From Bispira polyomma (taxonomy: Eukaryota), in NCBI GenBank assembly GCA_965649765.1, contig OZ287750.1, positions 69,812,001-69,876,000 of the forward strand: DNA of 64,000 nucleotides, in the 5' to 3' direction. Shown here piece by piece: positions 1-11,200 of this stretch. The translations under genes were made by a program, and so were the position numbers. Each line of letters starts with the position of its first letter. Position 1 is the first letter of the stretch. The notes beneath the pieces were generated by a model. That model was not told the origin of the DNA and did no database searches. It worked only from the letters and a program-made list of their open reading frames with translations.

Positions 1-409
1 GCGATGACACCACTAATGGAAACCCCTCCATTCCTGACATTGTACTGATTTATTATTATTGTATCCACCAGAAAACTATGCATACTATGCGTTATGCTTC
101 ATTATGTCGCCGCGTCAGTGTGTGTAGAGATTTTTTGTTACGCCTCATTTAGAAAATCAAGATAGCCACCACATGTGTCATCATCACCCAACAGAAAAAT
201 GCGATTCTGGCTGATATACTCCATATTTTACATTAGGATGTACACTACCAATAGTACTAGTTCGTGACGTCATATTGGTCTATGACCGCTATTTTGTTTG
301 TGTAATATTCCCTAGAATATGATCCAATCTATCGCAATATGTATCGAGAATACGACCTGCATATCACAATATATCACAATACAATTTTCTAGTCCAATAC
401 ACACCCCTA
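1..409. mobile_element. Right end of a hAT-like MITE
   Basis: Ends in CCAATACACACCCCTA (TAGGG-type terminus) preceded by subterminal ATC(A/G)CAATA repeats. Confidence 0.4.
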
Positions 410-585
410 GCTAGGTCTAGTTTTATGTAACTTTATTTCATACTCTTGGCAGCTTTCTCATGCCATTTGAAAAGTCAACATCCGCCGAATATTGGGTATA
501 TATCTGATGAAAAGAAGCGCTACATCGGCCGACGTCAGATTGGAATTGGAATTAAATTTGGATATTTAACGTCCACTCTAGTACC

Positions 586-800
586 TGTTTAGGTTATATT
601 GGGATGGGTAGTTGGAAACGCTGGAGGAAACACTGCATACAGTTGATCAAGGTTCTGCACTGAAACCAGCAGCCCACAGTAAGGAACTACCACTTTTCCC
701 ACATAGGCATCGATGGGATTCGAACTCACGCTGCCCAGAGGTGAGAGACTTGTGATTGTAAAGTGCAATGCTTGCTAACCATTAGGCCACCGCGGCCCCT
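586..800 (-). mobile_element. tRNA-derived SINE
   Basis: Reverse strand GGGGCCGCGGTGGCCTAATGGTTAG (A box), GTTCGAATCCC (B box), then TGTGGGAAA..GGTTT..TTTCCTCCA body shared with copies near 25850, 33680 and 62320. Confidence 0.75.
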
Positions 801-1944
801 ACGTCGGATCCGATCGGACATGTATACCCAAATCAGCTGACGATGGAATGTGCTCAAAGGAAGCGTAGGCTTAGGGGAACAATGTCTATGTTAAATAATC
901 AGGGTTTTTTTTATCTGAGATGAGTTGCAGCACGCCTCTCAGATAATATGTCACCCTGTTTTTGCTTCTCTTGCGAGTTTAGGACTGATATTCTCGTTCT
1001 AGATATTGTGTTGGACAGAGAATGGTGGAAACGTTTTGGCTTTCGAAATCATTGGCTAATTACTTCACAATTAAAAGTTTGTTTATTTGACCTGACCCCA
1101 ACACACTAATTACAGCATATTATTCCTCTGGACTTTATCGAACAGTTAATATTATTTTCATGCCTATGCTTTGATTAACACTGTTTATCTTGCCGAAAAT
1201 TTCCACTTGACGAATATCTCTAGCGAGCCAGTAACACAGATGTCAGATACAAGGTTGTATGTAACCACTGTGTAATATTTAACACTACACGGAAATTGAT
1301 CAAGATGTCTTTATTTATTGCCATATATACTCGCTATTCACTACTTCATTTAATAATATTTGAATGTGCATTCCACAGAAAGTGTCTTAAATACGTATAT
1401 TTTTCGCTACTCCATTTACTACTTGGTCTTTGGTATAATAAGATTTTGCTAATTGTTTTAAATTTCTTCAATTTTCACTACTCGATTATCTACTTTCCAA
1501 TATTTGTTTTTGAGATCAGCTGTTTCCTTCACGTACGTGCAGACTGCTAGTATAGGGAACTGTCCCCAATGGATTTCCTTTATGGTTCTTTCAGTTGTAG
1601 TTTTCACAGTACTGGTTAGATGACAGAGGTGCAGGCGACACTATTTTTCACACTATATTCCACCGATAGCGAATATTGACTTCTAAATACTAAAATATAT
1701 ATTGTATACGAGGATTAATTATTTGATGAAATTACCACTAAATAGTTGTAATACCAGTTTATGGGAGATTGCATAGTGACCACTTTACACTTTACATCAC
1801 ATCGAAGATATGCAACTAATTCATCTGTCACTGCATGCTTGTTTAAAATTTGAATAAACAACGGGAATATTTCCTTAATTTTTGTGAAGGATTGTTTCGG
1901 CTAAATTGGACAAACTGGAAATTTACTTTTTATCAGCAGGTAAG

Positions 1945-2211
1945 ATGAGAAGTCGTGTGTTTTGTGTATACAAAAAGGACAGAGAGTCGTACATTGAACA
2001 GGACATCCTGCCTTTACTTCCTCAACATCTAAACGAGATCACACTTCTACATAGGGATACAATTGCTGGAGAAGATGTCTTTAAATTCATCAACCGGCAT
2101 CTCTCTGATCGGGACACCTCTGTATTGGTGTTCTTCACATATGATATGGAGAGATGTCAACTGTGCGAAGAAGTTCTCATGCAGATTCCATATGTTCGGA
2201 AAGAGCAAAGG
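1945..2211 (+). CDS. TIR-TPR gene coding exon 1 (TIR domain, N-terminal part)
   Basis: MRSRVFCVY...PYVRKEQR followed by donor gtatat; acceptor-like ttttatcagcag just upstream suggests an unseen 5' UTR exon. Confidence 0.85.
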
Positions 2212-5200
2212 GTATATAGATTTCTTATCTGATTTTAGTTTGTCTTCAACATTGTTTTCAACACGTCTTCTCGCATATCATAATGAAGACTTCATTGGTA
2301 AAAGCCTGGTGACACCTACACCTGCTGGAGCTATGTGTGTTTCATGTTTTGAACGGTTTTAAAATGTAGTAGATAGTAATGCAAAAGTTAAGATCTCTGC
2401 TGTGTCCGTTCCGTGACTTTGCTTAATGGATTATATGGTTCTAAAGACGTCTCAGTTTAGTCCACTGCCATGATTACCTCAAACTGATTGAAATAATTGT
2501 GGCAGAGCGCTCCGTTTCTCAAGGACATCTCCATTCGTCTGAATAAGTAGCATAACATACTATAACATAGCATAACGTAGCCTCTAGTTGCAGTAAGTAG
2601 TAGTAGATAGTACCCTGTCTGTATTCGTCATGGAACCTTTCAATAAGCAGCAGAACACAGCAGTAAGTAGCAGTAAGCAGCTCTACGTAGTAGTAGGTGG
2701 TGATATCCTACCAGTACAGTGTTTGATTTTTGCCCCTGCTGTGCATGTAAAAGTACCAACATTGTCACAAAATGACACGAAACGTCACAAACGACTAACC
2801 CTTTATAAAAATGACGTCACTTTGACACGTAACTACCACGTTTTCAGTTTACATTGCTTTGTTATGTTGTGGAATGTGTAGGTGTGACCAGGACACAGAG
2901 TTAATTAGAGCAGCGTAGTTGGTCAAGGTTTTCTGCTCTGCAAAACACCAACCTTTAGCAAATCTACTGCTAACTTTCCTCAATACACATATGCCAAAGT
3001 AAAATGAACCCAGATGGTTTTTTTACCACTACACCATATATTTCAGATGACTATGATACAAATTTACACATAAGTTATTACATTAATTATATCTAGTATG
3101 AACATTTTATAGTGCTCCCACATCAAAAGAACTGAGCTGTAAGTGAAACTTAATAAGACGTTTTAAAAATGTTTTTATATATACACAGGGGCAAAAATCA
3201 AACACTGTACTGGTAGGATATCACCGCATATCACTACGTAGTACTGCTTATTGAAAGGTTCCATGACGAATACAGACAGGGTACTATCTACTACTACTTA
3301 CTGCAACTAGAGGCTACGTTATGCTATGTTATAGTATGTTATGCTACTAATTCAGACGAATGGAGACGTCCTTGAGAAACGGAGCGCTCTGCCACAATTA
3401 TTTCAAACAGTTTGAAGTAATCATGGCAGTGGACTAAACTGAGACGTCTTTAGAACCATATAATCCATTAAAAATAAAAATATTTATATGGGATGTCAGG
3501 TAAAATTTGTAAGTACATGTATTAACGAGTTTACACCAAGTCTAAACCAAATAGATTTTACACAAATTTAATGTTTTCAGAGATTAAACCCTTTAAGTCT
3601 CATTAGATCTTTAACTTTAATTGATGTAATTCAATTAGATTCTCTTCTAAGAACAGTTTTCATGTATAACATGGATTTTACAGTTTATTCCAATAATTCT
3701 GGATGGTTGTACCCTCCCCACCCACCTGTCTATGACAAGCTCACTAGAGGTGGGTGCACCTTACTTCAAGGAACGATTGCAGAAGAGTCTTGACACAACA
3801 AACAATGGTAGGTGATCTATTATTATGTGTGCATATTTATTGATGTGACAGAAGCAATTAAAAACTACATTGACTATATAACTGATGCTTTCTGAAAATA
3901 TGAGACAGTTGAATTTTTGAATGTTAACACGAATTGCTTACATTTTATAAAAAACTTTACTGAGTACTTCTTGCTATTATGTGTCGGTATTAAAAGATTT
4001 ATAATTAACACATACTGTAACCAAATATACTTGATTGTAATTCTTTGTATTAGGACTGTCAAAGGAAGATCACAGACAACAACCACTTGGTAAAGTCCTT
4101 TTAGATGAGCTGCAGGAGCCTTTGTTGTCGTTAAAAGAAAGGCCGCATGGACCATTGAAGGTGTTTGGTAACTCAGGGAAAACGTGGAGGTTCCAAAACA
4201 GTCCATTTACAGACCAATGGGATAATAAAGTAGTTTTTGGTAAACGAAATGACACATCAAAGGTATGTCATCAAAACATGTCACTTATTCATGAAAAGCT
4301 GACTGTCTTCAGCATTACCTGATATATATGACTTATATAAGTTAACATCGGGTTTTAAGTATATGTAAAATGACCAACAGTCTGAATTTACAAAGTGAAA
4401 TTAGTATGAATGAATATAGTTTTATTAATGTCTTAAAATCCTCTGGTAATGTATCATCAAAACTGATTAAAAGCATGTGAAACTATTTTAATTCTTGTTT
4501 ACAGTACATACAATAATATACCATATTGCGATAAACCATATGTAAAATAATTTGTTCATCCTAAATTTTCATGGTATAGTTTATGAGTTTGGTTTATTCA
4601 AACACAAATCTAGCTATCTCAAACCCTAGTTGCCCTTGAAGTCGTGAATTGTGTGCAACACATGAAAAATGGCAAGAGTCACAACTTGGATGCTAACAGT
4701 TTGGCTAGAATTATAAGAATCTTTAAAATAGAAGCAACTATTGCTGATCCCAAAAATAGACAGAACGGCAATGAGCATGCATTTGGCCTCAGAGTGTGTC
4801 ACCCTAAAAATGTGAGGATGATGAGAATGGATATTGCTGCCAGACTGCTACAAAACAGGTATTGTTTTATTCAACACTGTTGCAAAATGTCTTTGGTTTT
4901 TTTTCGTAGAAAATTATTATTATTATTATTATATATAAACTTTTTGTGTGCTTAAAATCTGTACAATACATTTTAGGTATCAAAATGTTTCATACAAACC
5001 TATCGTCCCCTCAAATCACCGTCCCATCTAAACTAATATTTCATCTCAGGTGGTGGGTTCTTAAGATACCATCCTTTGTGTTGTTGTCATGACCTGATTT
5101 CTGTGATGACATCATAACTGGGTTGCCAATGGTGTATACTAAATCTCAATTAGAGTGTTTATATTCATGCTATGGTAAGACTTAGTGGATCATGGAAAGA

Positions 5201-8200
5201 CTATCCCTTTATTATGATCGGTTTATTATTAAAACAATTTTGTATATAATTGTATGTTATTACACTTTATCTATCAATGTCAGCTGGATCATTGCAGCTG
5301 GTTTGGGTCCAATCCTAGACTAGAATTTTTGGATACAGGAAGATACAAAGTGTCCTTGATCCACAGTCTTATCCCTAGTGTTAGGCTAACCAATTGTGAC
5401 GACATTAATCAATGCTTTTCATGAAACCTTTGTCATCCGAAATCAGGGACATGATGCACAGAGAATAAATTTAATGTTTGACATTTGGGGGCGGTGTATG
5501 GGCACGGCCCATGTCAGTCCTGCACTCCCTTAAGTCTATGTAGGGTATCAGGCTAATTTTAACAGGTAAAACTTAAAAAGGTAAACAGGTAAACAACCCT
5601 CCTGTTGTTAAGCAAAAGTGTATATCCTACGTGCTGATTGATCAATCCAATCAAGCCTAACTTCATTATAAGCTAGAATGGCCAGTTTAGATTTGACAGA
5701 GTGACACGAATAAGAATTTGCCACCCATCCTTGTCCCCATAAATTAACCTTCTAGGGCTAACCTGCTTGTTGGGTTTCCCATACTTATATGTTAAAAGCA
5801 CAGGTCGAAATGACAACCTGAGCCTTAAGCTAAAGTCACCTTAACTTCATCATTTGACCCTCAGGTTAGGGTCACCCCAAATTCGAAAAGTCATTGACAT
5901 ACTTACCTAAAGATAAGGTGACCTTAACTTAAAGTGTATACTTAAGTAGTTAAGTAAAGTGTAGTTTGGACTTAAAGTGAATTTGACTTTAAGTCAATGT
6001 TTTAAAAGTTTAAGTTTTACGTAAACTGAAATATATCTTTTATACTTGATTTTATTTGTAACTAAATTGTGTAACCATTGAAGAGCTGTAAATATACATA
6101 GTAGTTAGAGTATTTTACTTACATATGTTAACGGGGACTGTTATATCTAACTCAGTGACGTGAAAAAAGAATCCAAGCACAAAATACACAATTGTGTAAG
6201 ATAAATATTTATGATGTTTAATCTTAGATTGCGCTAGTTAAAATGTTAGTCCAAACAATTGGCTGCAATGCAATTTTGGGAAGGTCTTTGTAATTTAATA
6301 TTACATTTTAGGTCTGGTCAAAGTTCTGTCTTATGTGAGGCCATTATGAATTTTGACACCAGGGAGGCCAATAAACCAATGGAAAGGAAAAAGAAACAAA
6401 GGTTGAAGGGGAAAATGTATGATGCAGATATAGATGACACAGAAGGTTGGTATGTAGCATAATATACAGAGTTGCTAAATTGGTAGATACATCCCATTAA
6501 TTGTTTATACAATTGCAATATATATTTGAGATGGATATATAATTAGTAGGTTGTTACATTAACAAAATAAATATGTAATGTTTGTTCATGATTTTGAGGC
6601 ATTTTTAAAATTATATTTTATTGCAGTTATCACAGTTACAGCCAAATAATAATAAATCAAAGTTATAACTGTAAACGTTACAACAACAACCAATAATACA
6701 TTTATGGGAAATTCAATTGAATTATCTGCTGTTCAACGCACAAATTTACCCTTTTTTGATAGCCAAAATACAGTCAACTATCACCAGTATAACGATATTC
6801 TCCACCATCCAAGGGCCCCAAGCTGTTGAACCAGTATTTGATATACCTTTGTTCATAAGGACCTAAGACTGTAGAACCTTGTCTGCACTATAGAATCTGT
6901 TAGTAAAATATTAAGCACTACAAAAGTCATAGGCAGAAACAAAGATGGACTTAAGACAAATTGACTCTTGACTTGCTCCTAACTACAACATAATGGCTAG
7001 CACTGTACCATAAGATGGAATGTTTATGTATAATATATAAGAGAATTATATTTTAGATATTGATCAACAGAGTACGTCACGTAGAAAATCACTCACCAAA
7101 AACTCACTTCAAAAGAAGGCAAATAATGGAAATGGTTTGCCACAACAGATCAGCAGATGCTTAAACGGAAGAATAAGAGGATTAGGTATGACTAATGCAG
7201 TCTACAGTGTAGTCTATGAAACTATTTAGGTGTCTATGGAGTAATTGGAATTGTCTACATTTATTTCTGTGGTTCGCAAACAACAAAAATGTGTATTTCT
7301 TTAATAATATACCAGTTGTCATATTAAGATATTGGTATTTCAGTTCCATGTGTACCAGTGAAGTGGGGTCAGGGTAAGGTAGAGGTCAAATTGAGCAACA
7401 CTGTCATATGCGGTTCAATATTTTTTCTACTGTTTGTATGGTAACTTGAGGTTCAACATTTATTCTACGTTTTTCTATGGTAACTCAAGGTTACCATAAC
7501 TTAATGGCAACTTAAGGTTACCATAAATTAATTAACTTTACAAGAGGACTTAAGGTACCCCAAGCGGTTCAATATTTATTTTACCGTTTGTATGGTAACT
7601 TGAGGTTCAACCTTTATTCTACGTTTTTTTATGGTAACTTAAGGTTACCATAACTTAATGGCAACTTAAGGTTACCATAAATTAATTAACTTTACGAGAG
7701 GACTTAAGGTCTTCTAAATTAAATAATTTTATTTAAGTAGTTATGCATATATATAAATAGAAAGTTGACATTAAGTTAACTTTCAAAGAAAACAAGCCAT
7801 AATAATTCAATTTAACTAGTTATATATACACATGGATAGAAAGTTATAATTCAGTTAACTTTCAAAGAACACAAGCAACAACAATTTTTTAACTAGTTAT
7901 ATATATACATGGATAAAAAGTTGAAATTAATTTAACTTTCAAAGAACACAAGCCATAAGATTGAATTTGTTACTGATAATGCAAGCAATAATACAAGTGA
8001 CAACATTTAATTTTTCAACTTTAGAACACAAGCAACAAGATTTAATTTATAACTGAGAACGCAAGCAACAGTACAAGCAACAAGGTTTAATTTATAACTG
8101 AGAACGCAAGCAACAGTACAAGCGACAAGGTTTAATTTATAACTGAGAACGCAAGCAACAGTACAAGCGACAAGGTTCAATTTATAACTGAGAACGCAAG

Positions 8201-11200
8201 CAACAGTACAAGTGACAAGGTTCAATTTATAACTGAGAACGCAAGCAACAGTACAAGCGACAAGGTTCAATTTATAACTGAGAACACAAGCAACAAGATT
8301 TCAGTTTTAACAAAACTTGTTAATTGTATGAAAGGATATACTATTGGTATTTGTTTTATAATATACTAGTTGTCATACTAAGACATTGATACTCATCACA
8401 CAGACTATAATATTTCAGGAATATTGCTGAAGAAAGATGTGCGACAAATGATGTTTAAACTGGAACAACTAGCCGATGATAATGAGTGTAAGCTTCTTAA
8501 CCTACTTTGCTTAAAAACTTGCCTGTATGTCTGAAGTGAGAGTGTGAAGCTGTTTACAGTTGTCAATATAACATCAATCATATCTTTATTTTATTGGCCT
8601 CTTTGTGTCTAAATGACACAAACCCACAGGGATCTGTCAGTTCAGTTATAAAAATTAGCTAAACTTTAAATGTATTTAAAAGGTTTATAAATGCTTTTTT
8701 CACTTTCTGTCTATCACACCGCTGTTCACTCGACAGTGGGCCAATCATAACCCTTCACCAAATTACACTTTTCATCCCCTTTTTAGCATGTCCTTACTGT
8801 GCAAGCCCTGGTAGTCATAGATTGAAAGGGGAAAGCGAAGGTGAGGTACATACATAATAAGTCACCTGCCTTAGCTTAAACCTTGATGACCCTGTAGGGT
8901 TGACTTTCGGAGAAATATAGGAAAGTTTGTCGAGCACATCAACTTTAGGGGTCTGCAGGTTTAGTTCACCATCCCATACAAACCCCTTTTCCCCCCCATT
9001 TCCAAATTAACGAATCACTCATAAGAACACCCCTTATTAGCTTATGTGTCCCCACTTCTTGGTGCAATAATGAACCAAGTATTCAAATGGTCAACACTAA
9101 AGAATTATTTTTATTTACTGTGATAGATTTAGGCTTTTTATTGTTTACAATTTTCTTATTTAACATAATTTTACCATATACATACTATGGGCAAGACGGC
9201 GAAGACACCAGGCAGTGCTCAGTTAAGTCCACGAATCCCGTTGTGAGGAAACTTTGGATTCCACTAACAGAGACGAAAGATCAAGGATTATTGGGTGAGA
9301 ATTGTTTTTCTGAGGTTATGACTATTTTAAGGCGGATCAAATTTGCAAATTCTGAAATAAACAGACGGCTCAACAAAGTTGAATTAAAAGGGTCCTGTAC
9401 CTCAACGCGCTTGACGTCTCCTACACACCAGGCTGCTAAAAATACCATTCTTGAACTACGGCGACCCATTGCACCACACACATTACCCTTGATTTCGCTG
9501 ACCTCCTGTGATGTCTAACTCAGGAATGACCTTTCACCAGGTAAGACGTCACTTAGACACAAATCCTGTCTGTTTAATACCACAGATGTGTCCACATTCG
9601 ACCCACAGTCTTGCTGGTCGAATAAGGAGTGGCTCAGAGGTACTAACTTCGATGAGCTCATACTCTTACAGTGAGCAGCCAGACAGCTATTTAACACAGT
9701 TTAGGTCGTGGAACCCTACCACCATGCACAACATGATGTACCAGATAATTTATACCCTTAGAGATTCTGCTTCTCCCCCCTGGTCAGCTGTAAGGGCCGG
9801 TTGGGCCCTTAACATGCAAGAAATCAAAGAGGGTCACTTAGACTGCTTGAATTCCATACAGTGGGCTCTGAATCAAATTAGCATATTACAGCTAACTTTA
9901 ATTAATGGTCACTCTTCACAGGCCCGACAGGCATCTTAGACCGTCCCATCTGCAAGCACTGATTGAACAAGGAAAATACTCACCCAGAGTTTGAGTGTGT
10001 TAAAGCAAACTTAGCTAAAAGAACATCAGACGAACAACCATCTGTAGCAAAAGGGAATTTATATATTTCTGAACATTCTGATTTGATGCAACTGGGTTTA
10101 CTTAATAATGAAAATAATTTTGCAGAAAATAGAAACATTGTTATTTCTAGAAGTTTTGACATGACCCAAGTTGGGTTCCACAGTGATGGAAATAATGGAA
10201 ACTTAGCTAAAAGAACATCAGACAAACAACCATCTAGTTAGGAATCGGTCAACGGCCAAGCGAACGAACAATCAGAGAGTGTAAAAGTTTTAAGAGTAGT
10301 AGTGAGACAGTTACAATTTTGATGTAAAAAAAGTAATATAGAAAACATATATTTAAGTATTTCCAGAAAATTTGAAAGGACCCAACTTGTGTTTCATAGT
10401 AATGATAATAATGATGTAGAAAACAAAAAAAAATTAATATGTCTAAAAATTTTGAAATCATCCAACTAGGTTTCTAAGAAATAGTGTTGTAGTAAACGGA
10501 AACTTATATATTTCTTAACATTCTGATTTGATGCAACTGGGTTTACTTAATAATGAAAATAATTTTACAGGAAATAGAAACATTGTTATTTCTAGAAGTT
10601 TTGACATGACCCAAGTTGGGTTCCACAGTAATGATGGCATGGAAAATGGAAACTTCAATGTTTCCAAAAATTTAAAAATAACCAAACTTGCGCTTCATAA
10701 TAATGTCAAAGATAATTATTTTAATGTGATAAAGTTTAATGTTAACACAATATATCAGAACAAGGAGCGAAATGTTTGATGCATATCATAGTCACTTCAA
10801 TCATATAGACTGTAATGTTAATACACCAGTTCAAAATGTTGAATCAAATGTATTGTATGAGAATGTGCAACAAAACTGTCATACTAATTCAAACCATGCA
10901 GGTTGTAATGTTCATCTACCTTTTCAGGATGCTGAAGTAAATAGATTATGTCATAGTGTGCAAAATAATTATTGTCACATACAAACACAGGACGACAAAC
11001 AGCATACCAGAGAAAGTGTGCTCATATATGGTGGCCCAATTGTAGCTAATAGTAGAGTATCAGTAATGAATTTCAATTATGATTAAGGACATGGATAACC
11101 TTGCTAAAGAAACAGGCTTTTTTAAGCTCTCAAAACCCCCACTTGAAGCAGGGATACCTGTAAAATCTCAATTAAATATATCTGCCTGGAAAAAAGATCA

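Noticed and set aside
700-800. Possible tRNA gene (A and B boxes)
   Set aside because: No clean cloverleaf; it continues into a body shared by several dispersed copies, so it is a SINE head.
2063-2362. Apparent frameshift extending the TIR ORF (SDFSLSSTLF...), suggesting a pseudogene
   Set aside because: A phase-0 donor at 2212 joins cleanly to the FIPIILDGC exon at 3684, completing the TIR without any frameshift.
8007-8270. 87-aa repetitive ORF, and a possible CRISPR-like array
   Set aside because: It is the antisense translation of a 45-bp minisatellite; units are contiguous with no unique spacers and the context is a eukaryotic intron.
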